From a virus (lineage: Duplodnaviria > Caudoviricetes): a DNA stretch of 39,739 bases. Location of the stretch: IMG/VR virus record IMGVR_UViG_3300033481_000004, positions 1-39,739 of that record. One strand, given 5' to 3'. Under the pieces are notes generated by a model. That model saw only the letters and a list, made by a program, of their open reading frames with translations. It was not told the origin of the DNA and ran no database searches. Made by a program: the position numbers and the translations under genes. This document shows, in pieces, positions 8,415-17,162 of this stretch (the stretch's first letter is position 1; each line of letters opens with the position of its first letter).

Positions 8415-8424
8415 GAGGTATCAC

Positions 8425-9051
8425 ATGGATAACGAAATTATTCAGGTAGAACAGGCAAAAGGGCTTTCAGTAGATGTATTTTCAAATCCTGAGAGTTTCC
8501 AGAAATTATATGATATTGGTAAAATGTTTGCTTCATCTTCACTGGTTCCACAGGCATACCAGCAAAAACCTATGGATTGCACCATAGCTGTTGATATGGC
8601 AAACCGCATGGGAGTAAGTCCTATGATGGTAATGCAGAATCTTTATGTTGTAAGAGGTAAACCCTCTTGGAGCGGTCAGGCGTGCACATCTATGATTATG
8701 GCAAGCGGAAGATTTAAAAATGTACATCACGAATACACAGGAGAAAAAGGAACTGATTCACGCGGATGCTATTTGCAAGCCGAAAGAGTTGAAGACCATG
8801 TGATTGTAAAAGGCCCGGAAGTAACTATTCAAATGGCAAAAGACGAGGAATGGTATTCGAAAAGCGGAAGCAAATGGAAGACAATGCCGGAGCTCATGCT
8901 TGCTTACAGGGCATCAGCATTCTTTGCAAGGGTCCATATACCAAATGCCCTTATGGGTTGCGCAGTAGAGGGTGAAGTAGAAGATATTACAAAAGAAAAG
9001 CCACAGCAAGCACCAGATGTATTTGCAGAGAGTAATGAGGTCCAGTCATGA
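8425..9051 (+). CDS. RecT-like single-strand annealing protein
   Basis: DCTIAVDMANRMGVSPMMVMQNLYVVRGKP...WKTMPELMLAYRA; adjacent to exonuclease. Confidence 0.7.
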   Translation: MDNEIIQVEQAKGLSVDVFSNPESFQKLYDIGKMFASSSLVPQAYQQKPMDCTIAVDMANRMGVSPMMVMQNLYVVRGKPSWSGQACTSMIMASGRFKNVHHEYTGEKGTDSRGCYLQAERVEDHVIVKGPEVTIQMAKDEEWYSKSGSKWKTMPELMLAYRASAFFARVHIPNALMGCAVEGEVEDITKEKPQQAPDVFAESNEVQS

Positions 9052-9845
9052 TCTTAACAGCAGAAAATTATTTCAGTCCGGAGGCTTCCAGAGAATATTT
9101 ATCAGTGAGCCAGTACAAGGACTTTTGCGGAACAATTGGTAAGCCAGCCTGTGAGGAGCAGGCACTTGCAAAACTCGCGGGAGAGTGGCAGATGGAAAAG
9201 ACCACAGCTTTATTAGTTGGCTCCTATGTAGACGCTCATTTTGAAGGAACGCTTGCATTATTCAAAGCACAGAATCCAGAGATTTTCACACAAAAAGGAA
9301 CGTTAAAGGCAGAGTATAAAAAGGCTGAAGAAATCATTAATCGCATTGAGCGTGACGAACTTTTCATGAAATATATGAGCGGTGAAAAACAGGTCATTAT
9401 GACAGCTGAAATGTTCGGTAGCAAGTGGAAAATTAAGATAGACAGTTACCTTAAAGGTAAAGCCATTGTAGACCTTAAAGTCATGAGAGAGTTACATAAG
9501 GCAGAGTATACCAAAGTCTACGGTTATATGAACTTCATTGAATACTGGGGCTATGATATCCAGGGCGCAGTATATCAGGAAGTTGTCTATCAGAATACCG
9601 GATTGAGACTTCCGTTTTACATTGCTGCAGCCTCAAAGGAACCGGAAACCGATATTGAATTGATCTGGATTCCAGACGATCACCTGAGAGAAAAACTTAT
9701 TGAGGTTGAAAGTAATACACCTAAGATCGTAATGCTTAAGAATGGCGAAATGGAGCCTATCAGGTGCGGTATGTGTGACTATTGTAAGCATACAAAGGTG
9801 CTTGAAAAACCAATCCATTACAGTGAATTGTTAGGGGAGGTATAG
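9048..9845 (+). CDS. PD-(D/E)XK exonuclease (RecE/DUF3799-like)
   Basis: LSVSQYK, KIKID, IVDLK, YDIQGAVY motifs. Confidence 0.85.
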   Translation: MILTAENYFSPEASREYLSVSQYKDFCGTIGKPACEEQALAKLAGEWQMEKTTALLVGSYVDAHFEGTLALFKAQNPEIFTQKGTLKAEYKKAEEIINRIERDELFMKYMSGEKQVIMTAEMFGSKWKIKIDSYLKGKAIVDLKVMRELHKAEYTKVYGYMNFIEYWGYDIQGAVYQEVVYQNTGLRLPFYIAAASKEPETDIELIWIPDDHLREKLIEVESNTPKIVMLKNGEMEPIRCGMCDYCKHTKVLEKPIHYSELLGEV

Positions 9846-9846
9846 C

Positions 9847-10158
9847 ATGGATTCTATTCTTACTGACAATAAAGAGTATTGCTTTTTCTGCGGCGGTTCT
9901 ACAGAGTGCGAACACCATTTAATTTTCGGATCATCTAACCGGAAACTCGCTGACGATGATGGATTAAAGGTTCCGTCTTGTAACCGCTGTCACAACATGG
10001 GTGATGTTAAAAACCGGATTCATGACAACCCAATGGCAGAGAAAATGTCAAAAATGATCGGCCAGCTTGCATGGGAAAATAAAATGATTGCTTCCGGCCT
10101 TACACAATATGCAGTAAGAGAATTATTCCGTAAGAGATATGGAAAAAGTTACTTATAG
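9847..10158 (+). CDS. Small HNH-like Zn-binding protein
   Basis: CFFCG..EHHLIFG..NR...CNRCH. Confidence 0.7.
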   Translation: MDSILTDNKEYCFFCGGSTECEHHLIFGSSNRKLADDDGLKVPSCNRCHNMGDVKNRIHDNPMAEKMSKMIGQLAWENKMIASGLTQYAVRELFRKRYGKSYL

Positions 10159-10209
10159 ATTCACAGGCTCCGCCGTTTTAAATGACTGCGGTGGAGCAGA
10201 AAGGAGCCT

Positions 10210-10602
10210 ATGGAATACAAATTTATAATCAAAGGCAGGCTTGATGGGCTTAACGATTATACCGGAGCCAGCCGCACTAATCCATATAAAGGCAACAAGA
10301 TGAAAGCAGATAATGAAAAGATCGTCATGTATGCCATCAGAGAACAGCTAAGACGGTTACATATAGAAAAACCCGTGATGCTTAAATTCACTTGGTATGA
10401 GCCAAACAGGAAGCGAGATCATGACAATGTATCATCTTTCGGCAGAAAGGTAATCCAGGACGCTCTTGTCAAATGTAAGGTGCTGCAGGACGATGGCTGG
10501 AAGTTTGTGACCGGGTTTACAGATGATTTTTACTGCGACAAAGAGAATCCACGAATTGAGGTTTTGATCGTGGAGCATGAAGGGGAAGGAGATAGACAAT
10601 GA
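10210..10602 (+). CDS. rusA: RusA-family Holliday junction resolvase
   Basis: RDHDN...KVIQDAL..VLQDD catalytic pattern; PRIEV C-terminus. Confidence 0.85.
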   Translation: MEYKFIIKGRLDGLNDYTGASRTNPYKGNKMKADNEKIVMYAIREQLRRLHIEKPVMLKFTWYEPNRKRDHDNVSSFGRKVIQDALVKCKVLQDDGWKFVTGFTDDFYCDKENPRIEVLIVEHEGEGDRQ

Positions 10603-11042
10603 GACTTGATGAAATGATTATAAAGGCAAATGCGGACGGGAAGACGTATTTCTGTAATGGTACATATCTTGAGTATTCCAAAGAAAAAGGCTTTACAGAG
10701 TACAACTTAAAAGAATCAAGACGCAAATTTGCAGATGTTGTTTGCACCGGTGACTGGAAAGAAAAGCCGAAGCGTCACCTGACCGTATCGGAAGCAGAAA
10801 AAGAACTGGATTGCGAGATTGATACGCCGGATATTTCGAAGCTGTTTAGACCGATGAGCGAGAAGCCTGATAATGGTCGAAACGTAATATTAGTATATGA
10901 TGATGCACAATATTTCTACAACCATTGTGGACACTATACAAAAACTCAAGATAAATGGTTTGATACTTCAAAAAATGCAATTTGTTTATCTTTCCGCTGG
11001 ATCGACCCAGCAGACCTGATAAAGCTTTTACCTAAGGAGTGA
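10599..11042 (+). CDS. Hypothetical phage protein
   Basis: AAGGAG RBS, overlap with upstream gene. Confidence 0.7.
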   Translation: MRLDEMIIKANADGKTYFCNGTYLEYSKEKGFTEYNLKESRRKFADVVCTGDWKEKPKRHLTVSEAEKELDCEIDTPDISKLFRPMSEKPDNGRNVILVYDDAQYFYNHCGHYTKTQDKWFDTSKNAICLSFRWIDPADLIKLLPKE

Positions 11043-11046
11043 TAAT

Positions 11047-11838
11047 GTGGGAGAAGGAGGATTTGTAAAGTTCGACCGGAAGATTTTGGAGTGGGAGTGG
11101 TACAAAGATCGTAATACTAAGGACTTATTTTTTCACATGGTGTTTAAAGCCAATTGGAAAGAAGGAAAGTTTCAAGGGATAGACATTCCACGCGGTTCTT
11201 TCGTATCCTCCTACCCCAAATTATCTGACGATTTAGGGCTTACTATAAATGAGGTAAGAACAGCATTAAAGCACTTGCTATCTACCGGAGAAATCACAGT
11301 CAAAGCACACACTAAATTCAGCGTATTTACGGTAAATAATTACTGTGTGTACCAAGACATTAACAGCCAAATCACAGACAGATCACAGACAGATCACATT
11401 CAAATCACAGACGAATCACAGTCAATTAACAGTCAATTAACAACAATAGAAGAAGGTAAGAAAGAAAGAAGGAAAGAAGGTAAGAAGGTAAGAAGTAATA
11501 CATATACCGATCCTGCAAAGATACGTCATAAGAGAGGGGAATACGGACACGTGCTTTTGTCAGATGAAGAAGTTGAACGTCTTTCTGGTGACTACGGAGA
11601 GAATATGTCACGGCAGGCAATACAGTTCCTTGATGAATATATGCAGATGCACGGGAAGTCTTACAAGGACTGTAACCTTGCTATTAGAAAATGGGTTGTA
11701 GATGCAGTAAAGAAAAAAGAAACGGAGAAATATAAACCAGCCAACAGCCAATCAAGTAATCCGGTTGAAAAGCAGCAGCAAAGCCGAGATATGATGCTTA
11801 ATTGGGTGGCAGCAAAGGAGGCACAGAATGGAAATTAA
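11047..11838 (+). CDS. Phage replication initiator (lambda O/DnaD-like)
   Basis: GFVKFDRKILEWEWY...IPRGSFVSS winged-helix N-terminus; internal iterons. Confidence 0.85.
   Translation: MGEGGFVKFDRKILEWEWYKDRNTKDLFFHMVFKANWKEGKFQGIDIPRGSFVSSYPKLSDDLGLTINEVRTALKHLLSTGEITVKAHTKFSVFTVNNYCVYQDINSQITDRSQTDHIQITDESQSINSQLTTIEEGKKERRKEGKKVRSNTYTDPAKIRHKRGEYGHVLLSDEEVERLSGDYGENMSRQAIQFLDEYMQMHGKSYKDCNLAIRKWVVDAVKKKETEKYKPANSQSSNPVEKQQQSRDMMLNWVAAKEAQNGN
11359..11495 (+). repeat. Iteron array (probable phage ori) plus purine tract
   Basis: About eight 11-bp tandem units (AATCACAGACA, GATCACAGACA, ATTAACAGTCA variants) followed by repeated AGAAGGTA/AGAAAG. Confidence 0.75.
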
Positions 11839-12373
11839 AGAGTTTGCGGTGTTCGCCGACCGATTAAAAACGGCGTTCCCCAAAGAAAACTTACTTTCAA
11901 CACCGGATCAGATGGAATGGTGGTATGACTTGCTAAAAGAATTATCTTTCCAGACCGCAATTGTTGCACTGAAAAAGTATACGCTTGCAAATAAGTTCCC
12001 TCCTACTATCGCGGAACTAATGTCAATAGCGGCAGATATTACAGACGACAGGCTTCCAGATGCAGACGAAGCCTGGGGCGAAGTTACAAAGGCTATCAGG
12101 AGATACGGATACCCAAGAGAACGCGAAGCCCTTGACAGTATGTCAGAAACCGTAAGAAAGACCGTGGAGCGTATCGGGTTCCAGAATATATGCCAGTCTC
12201 AGTATGACCAGTTTAACACGCTCAGGGCGCAATTCAAGGGGTTCTATGAGGCAGAATACCGGAGATCAGCGGAAACACGTAAGTTGCCGGAGAATGTGAG
12301 GATCGCGCAGGCTAATATAAAACAGCTGATCGAAGCAAAGGGGGATAACATTGGACGAATCGAGAGCAATTAA
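11828..12373 (+). CDS. Helicase loader/inhibitor (SPP1 G39P-like)
   Basis: WYDLLKEL...NKFPPTIAEL; AWGEV..AIRRYG; follows initiator. Confidence 0.8.
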   Translation: MEIKEFAVFADRLKTAFPKENLLSTPDQMEWWYDLLKELSFQTAIVALKKYTLANKFPPTIAELMSIAADITDDRLPDADEAWGEVTKAIRRYGYPREREALDSMSETVRKTVERIGFQNICQSQYDQFNTLRAQFKGFYEAEYRRSAETRKLPENVRIAQANIKQLIEAKGDNIGRIESN

Positions 12374-12596
12374 ACTTTGTATGTTCCGCCCGAAAGTAAC
12401 GGACCACACAAGGCACATGGAAAAGGATATGACAGCAGAAGAAATTAAGCTCCGGCGTGAATTCATCAAGAAAATGTTATGGAAGGTGAATCCATGGGGA
12501 CAGCTGACAGATGAACAGTTAGACGATGTAAGGATCTATAAAGTATGCGGTGACTGGTATATCGAGGACCACGATCTGTACGAATATGGATTTTGA
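12351..12596 (+). CDS. Hypothetical phage protein
   Basis: ORF with RBS, TTG start. Confidence 0.6.
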   Translation: MDESRAIKLCMFRPKVTDHTRHMEKDMTAEEIKLRREFIKKMLWKVNPWGQLTDEQLDDVRIYKVCGDWYIEDHDLYEYGF

Positions 12597-12609
12597 AAGG
12601 GGATCAGAA

Positions 12610-12885
12610 ATGACAGAGGTTACAGTATCACTCAAAGACATAGAAGCCCTGAAAGAATCTCTTAAACACGGCGATAAGGTAACATACAGTACACCAGTTG
12701 CGAAGTTCTTCGGTGAAGACAATGTCAGGGGAAACAGAATTTTACATAAGGCAAAGATTGTGAAGAAGCTGCAGCATTTGGCAATCATCGAATACAACGC
12801 CAAGCGCGGGAACAAGACAGTTAAGGCACAGTCGACCATGACATATAAAGAGATTTACTTCCAGCGGCGCGGGTGTGCGTGGTAA
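12610..12885 (+). CDS. Hypothetical phage protein
   Basis: AAAGGGG RBS before ATG 12610. Confidence 0.65.
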   Translation: MTEVTVSLKDIEALKESLKHGDKVTYSTPVAKFFGEDNVRGNRILHKAKIVKKLQHLAIIEYNAKRGNKTVKAQSTMTYKEIYFQRRGCAW

Positions 12886-12991
12886 GTGTTTAAAACGAGT
12901 TTCAGGTTAAGACGAACAATCCGCCATAAAAGGCAAAACGGGTGGGATTTGGGCTAACAGGGTGTGCCGCGGGGCACGAGAAAGGAAATGC

Positions 12992-13681
12992 ATGAGCGTT
13001 AAACCAATTTTGTTCAACACCGATATGGTCCGAGCGATACTGGACGGGAGAAAGACGGTGACAAGGCGAGTGGTTAAGCCACAGCCGGAAATGACACTGG
13101 CGTACATTATGGCTGGTCATAACCACGGCAAGTGGAAATATTCAGTTTTCGAGGAAGAAGAGTATAAAAAATATCAGGGAAAAGAACTGTACTGGACCCC
13201 TCCTTGCAATGGTGACGATATCCTCTATGTACGGGAAACATGGTGCTATGGTTCTGATACAACACAAATATTATTTGATCCGGAGCCAAGAGCCTATGAT
13301 ATTCAATACAAGGCAGATTACCCACATATTGATAAAGATTTAATCAAATGGCGACCTTCAATCCACATGCCAAAGGAAGCCGCCCGTATCTGGTTAAAGG
13401 TAACAAATGTACGGGTGGAGAGATTACGAAACATTACTGTTGAACAGGCGCAAAGCGAAGGTACTGAATCTGCCTGCAATAAGAAATGCAGAAGCTATCA
13501 ATGGTGTGACAGCGACATGGTGTTGAAAGGTGGCTGTGAATGCTTCAGTAAGTTGTGGGATACCACAATCAAGAAAACTGACATTAATCGTTACGGGTGG
13601 GTAGCAAATCCATGGGTATGGGTAATAGAGTTTGAACGGTGCGAGAAGCCGCAGGAGGAAAACAAAAATGCAGATAAATGA
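12992..13681 (+). CDS. ASCH/PUA-like phage protein
   Basis: KPILFNTDMVRAILDGRKTVTRR...LYVRETW...WRPSIHMP...NPWVWVIEF. Confidence 0.8.
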   Translation: MSVKPILFNTDMVRAILDGRKTVTRRVVKPQPEMTLAYIMAGHNHGKWKYSVFEEEEYKKYQGKELYWTPPCNGDDILYVRETWCYGSDTTQILFDPEPRAYDIQYKADYPHIDKDLIKWRPSIHMPKEAARIWLKVTNVRVERLRNITVEQAQSEGTESACNKKCRSYQWCDSDMVLKGGCECFSKLWDTTIKKTDINRYGWVANPWVWVIEFERCEKPQEENKNADK

Positions 13682-14000
13682 GATAGTAAAAGAAGTAGGG
13701 CAGAATGCCCGTGAACATGGCTGGTGGGACGGAGAAGAAAGAACGTTCGGGGAGTTAATCGCATTATGCCATAGCGAACTTTCAGAGGCTTTGCAGGAAT
13801 ACAGGGACGGCAGACAGCCAACAGAAACATATTACGGAGACAAAGGGAAGCCGGAAGGGATACCGAGTGAACTGGCTGACACGGTTATTAGAATCATGGA
13901 TATGTGCGACCACTACGGGATTGATCTGGAGGCTGCTATTGCCGAAAAGCACGGATTTAACATGACCAGACCATATAAGCATGGCGGAAAGGTGATTTGA
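13668..14000 (+). CDS. MazG-like nucleotide pyrophosphohydrolase
   Basis: LCHSELSEALQE...ELADTVIRIMD...KHGFN.TR.YKHG. Confidence 0.85.
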   Translation: MQINEIVKEVGQNAREHGWWDGEERTFGELIALCHSELSEALQEYRDGRQPTETYYGDKGKPEGIPSELADTVIRIMDMCDHYGIDLEAAIAEKHGFNMTRPYKHGGKVI

Positions 14001-14479
14001 TGAAACACATTTTAGATGCTTGTTGCGGAAGTAAAATGTTTTGGTTTGACAAAGAGAACCCAAACGTGATATTTGCTGACAATAGAGAACTTGAAACAAC
14101 TCTGTGTGACAAAAGGGCGTTGATTATAAAGCCTGATGAAATTATAGGCTTCCGAAATATGCCTTATAAAGATAACACTTTTAAAATGGTTGTGTTTGAT
14201 CCTCCACATTTAATACACGCCGGAGAAAAATCATGGTTGCGCCAGAAATACGGAGTACTGCCAGAAGATTGGCCAGAATACATAAGACGCGGAGTTGACG
14301 AATGCATGAGAGTACTCGAACCGTTTGGAACACTGGTTTTCAAATGGAACGAGGAACAGATAAAAACAAGTGAAATTCTGAAAGCAATAAATTATAAACC
14401 ACTTTTCGGAGATAAGAGAGCAAAAACACATTGGTTTATATTCATGAAACAGGTAAGCGAAAGGAAGGATAATCTATGA
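14000..14479 (+). CDS. SAM-dependent (probable DNA amino-) methyltransferase
   Basis: ILDACCGSKMFWFDK and VVFDPPH motifs. Confidence 0.85.
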   Translation: MKHILDACCGSKMFWFDKENPNVIFADNRELETTLCDKRALIIKPDEIIGFRNMPYKDNTFKMVVFDPPHLIHAGEKSWLRQKYGVLPEDWPEYIRRGVDECMRVLEPFGTLVFKWNEEQIKTSEILKAINYKPLFGDKRAKTHWFIFMKQVSERKDNL

Positions 14480-14907
14480 ACCGAGTAATTTTAATGGGAC
14501 GCCTGACCCGTGACCCCGAAACAAGATACTCCCAGGGAGAGCGTTCCATGGCAATATCAAGGTACACTCTGGCAGTAGACCGGAGAGGACGCAAGAGCCA
14601 AGAGAATGAGCAGAATACAGACTTCATCAACTGCGTGGCATTCGACAAGGCTGGGGAGTTTGCAGAGAAGTATTTCAGGCAAGGTATAAGAGTGCTGATC
14701 TCTGGCAGGATCCAGACCGGAAGCTATACGAACAAAGACGGCGTGAAAGTCTACACCACGGATATCGTTGTGGAAGATCAGGAGTTTGCAGACAGCAAGG
14801 GTGCCGGCGACAATCACCAACAGAGCAGACCGGAGCCGTCAAACGTTGGGGACGGGTTTATGAATATACCGGACGGCGTGGAAGATGAAGGTTTGCCCTT
14901 TTCTTAA
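14476..14907 (+). CDS. ssb: Single-stranded DNA-binding protein
   Basis: MNRVILMGRLTRDPE...acidic tail EDEGLPF. Confidence 0.96.
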   Translation: MNRVILMGRLTRDPETRYSQGERSMAISRYTLAVDRRGRKSQENEQNTDFINCVAFDKAGEFAEKYFRQGIRVLISGRIQTGSYTNKDGVKVYTTDIVVEDQEFADSKGAGDNHQQSRPEPSNVGDGFMNIPDGVEDEGLPFS

Positions 14908-14922
14908 GGAGGTACAAACGAT

Positions 14923-15597
14923 ATGGCAGCACCTAACGGAAACCACAACCATTGGAAACATGGAGGATCCGGAACGAGACTGTATTTTATTTGGAAGACC
15001 ATGCGGCAAAGATGCAATAACCCCAACAACGGTAAATACAAAAGATACGGAGAAAGAGGAATCAAAGTTTGCCCGGAATGGGACGATTACTCGAACTTTA
15101 AAAGATGGTCAATATCAAACGGTTATTCTGAAAAATTAACAATTGACAGAATAGATACAAATGGGGATTATGAACCGTCAAATTGCAGATGGGCTGACGA
15201 TATTCAACAAGCAAACAATAAAACCAGTAATGTAATGATAAATTACAAAGGCGAAATTATGACAATGGCTGAGTTTTGCAGGAAAAACAATCTTAAATAT
15301 AAGATGTTTTCTAAATACAGAAAGCTTGGAATGCCCATTGAAGAATTAATTAAAAAAACAAAAGTTAACACCAAATTTATCGTAACAATGCAGAAAGGAA
15401 AAACTATGGAAGATTTAAAGTTAAAGCATATTGCCGGAATTATAAAAATTAACGGAAGGATATCTATTTACGAAGATGATTTCGGAACTTCATTTTGCCC
15501 TACGGTAGCGGATTTCAACCGATGTGCGGAAAGTTATGTTGTTGGAATATCTGCAAGCGAGGGAACGTTGGATATTCATATCATGAATGAAATTTAG
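14923..15597 (+). CDS. HNH homing-endonuclease-like protein read in frame into a separate downstream gene
   Basis: RLYFIWKTMRQRC...YGERGIKVC..W...TIDRID.NG.YEPSNCRWA..QQANN; HNH part ends near 15370. Confidence 0.8.
   Translation: MAAPNGNHNHWKHGGSGTRLYFIWKTMRQRCNNPNNGKYKRYGERGIKVCPEWDDYSNFKRWSISNGYSEKLTIDRIDTNGDYEPSNCRWADDIQQANNKTSNVMINYKGEIMTMAEFCRKNNLKYKMFSKYRKLGMPIEELIKKTKVNTKFIVTMQKGKTMEDLKLKHIAGIIKINGRISIYEDDFGTSFCPTVADFNRCAESYVVGISASEGTLDIHIMNEI
15406..15597 (+). CDS. Hypothetical 63-aa protein with own RBS (in frame with HNH ORF)
   Basis: AGAAAGGA RBS before ATG 15406 (MEDLKLKHIAG...). Confidence 0.6.
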   Translation: MEDLKLKHIAGIIKINGRISIYEDDFGTSFCPTVADFNRCAESYVVGISASEGTLDIHIMNEI

Positions 15598-15625
15598 GAA
15601 ATTAAACCCAAGGGAAGGTGATAAG

Positions 15626-15847
15626 ATGGGAAAATATCCATGGTCCGGTAAGCGGACATTAGATCATTGCAGTTTAATCACGGCAATGGGAAAGCCACAT
15701 CAGGCAAACGGAAAATGTGATGGCTTCCAGAAGTCAGAAGATAATGACGAACCATGCGAAACCTGCATGAACTGTAAGCTGAATACTTTTTATGATAAAA
15801 ATGATAACGAAATGGCAACTGATGAATATTTGAGAAGTGGTTACTAA
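15626..15847 (+). CDS. Cys-rich hypothetical protein
   Basis: AAGGTGA RBS before ATG 15626; GKCDGF...DEPCETCMNC. Confidence 0.7.
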   Translation: MGKYPWSGKRTLDHCSLITAMGKPHQANGKCDGFQKSEDNDEPCETCMNCKLNTFYDKNDNEMATDEYLRSGY

Positions 15848-15858
15848 ACCAAAGTTTA
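15845..15858 (+). repeat. TAAA-N6-TTTA boundary motif
   Basis: TAAA CCAAAG TTTA, begins at the stop codon. Confidence 0.65.
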
Positions 15859-15884
15859 ATGAATTTAGAGAATTAAAAATATCA

Positions 15885-15930
15885 GAAAGGACCGGAGCTC
15901 CAGCTGGGCAAGGTCATGACGGCTCCTTTC
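15885..15930 (+). promoter_or_regulatory. Leader hairpin enclosing two palindromes
   Basis: GAAAGGACCG...CGGCTCCTTTC around CCAGCTGG and GTCATGAC. Confidence 0.6.
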
Positions 15931-15939
15931 GGTAAAACA

Positions 15940-17091
15940 ATGAAAGAGACTTTTAAAAGCAAAGTATATACAGACCGTCCGGCATATGCGGACTTTGACG
16001 CACCGGCTAAATTTGAGGCTATAAAAAGCATTATTGCGAAAAGACTCAGGGAACACCCAAATGCGACATGCTCTTATTCAGGTGGGAGTGATAGCGATAT
16101 TCTTCTTCACATGATAGAGCAGGTACGCGAGACATTCGGCCTACCTCCAATCCATTATGCTTTTTTTAACACAGGACTTGAAATGGAAGCGATAAAGCGT
16201 CATGTGAGCGAAGTGGAATCACTGTATGGCGTAACGATTACCAGATACCGTCCAAAGAAAAATATCGTGCAGGCCACAAGGGAATATGGTCAGCCGTTTG
16301 TTTCAAAAATTATGTCAGCCGGGATAGAGGGCATACAGCGTAAAAATATACCGCTGTCAATACATAAGGAATACGAAGACGCAGAGGATAAAGCGGCAAA
16401 ACGAGAGGAACTTAAAAAACGCTATCCTGGGTGTGAAACAACGATTAATTTTTTGTGTTGCTGCAATTCCAAGGGAGAGCCAAGGCCAGATATTCAATTA
16501 GTCATAAATTCATCAAAGTATATGTTGGATTTTATAACTGATAATCCGATCCCATTTAATGTTAGTAACAAATGCTGCGACTATTGCAAAAAGCAGCTGG
16601 CGCACAGTGTTCAACAATCATTCGATATGGTAATAACGGGAGAGCGCAGAGACGAGGGTGGTATGAGATCCGTTCCACGAAAGGATAATACATCTATGTG
16701 CTTTTCTGAAACAGCCGACGGAAAGTTTAGGCTGCGACCCCTGTTTTATGTATCAGACGCGGATAAACAGTGGTACAAAAATTACTACAATATCCGTTAT
16801 TCAGATGCCTATGAGGTGTACGGCTTAACACGTACAGGGTGTTGTGGGTGCTCAATATCAGCAAAGGCAACGGAGGATTTGGAAAAGATAAAACCGTATG
16901 AACCAAACCTGGTTAAAGCCGCATGGAATGTGTTTGGTGACAGCTATAGATACCGCCAACAGTACAATTCATACAAAGCATTTAGGCAGGCATGGGATAA
17001 CGAGCAGAAGAAGACTGCCAATAATGAAATCAAAGGGCAAATGAAATTTGAGGATTACCCAGGGTTTATCCCGGAGAGCATGGTTAACTAA
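15940..17091 (+). CDS. PAPS-reductase-family (CysH/DndC-like PP-loop, Fe-S) protein
   Basis: SYSGGSDS PP-loop, FFNTGLE, KCCDYCKK, ITGERRDE, RTGCCGC; start 15940 or 15916. Confidence 0.85.
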   Translation: MKETFKSKVYTDRPAYADFDAPAKFEAIKSIIAKRLREHPNATCSYSGGSDSDILLHMIEQVRETFGLPPIHYAFFNTGLEMEAIKRHVSEVESLYGVTITRYRPKKNIVQATREYGQPFVSKIMSAGIEGIQRKNIPLSIHKEYEDAEDKAAKREELKKRYPGCETTINFLCCCNSKGEPRPDIQLVINSSKYMLDFITDNPIPFNVSNKCCDYCKKQLAHSVQQSFDMVITGERRDEGGMRSVPRKDNTSMCFSETADGKFRLRPLFYVSDADKQWYKNYYNIRYSDAYEVYGLTRTGCCGCSISAKATEDLEKIKPYEPNLVKAAWNVFGDSYRYRQQYNSYKAFRQAWDNEQKKTANNEIKGQMKFEDYPGFIPESMVN

Positions 17092-17102
17092 ATTAGGATT
17101 TA
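17089..17102 (+). repeat. TAAA-N6-TTTA boundary motif
   Basis: TAAA TTAGGA TTTA, begins at the stop codon. Confidence 0.65.
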
Positions 17103-17111
17103 ACTGAATAA

Positions 17112-17156
17112 GAAAGGAGGCGGAGTTTCCTAGGAAGATGCGCATCGGCTCCTTTT
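17112..17156 (+). promoter_or_regulatory. Leader hairpin enclosing two palindromes (second copy)
   Basis: GAAAGGAGGCG...CGGCTCCTTTT around TTCCTAGGAA and GATGCGCATC. Confidence 0.6.
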
Positions 17157-17162
17157 GAAAAC

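Noticed and set aside
12891-12904. Possible boundary motif TAAAACGAGTTTCA
   Set aside because: Spacing or right arm off and not on a stop codon; not counted
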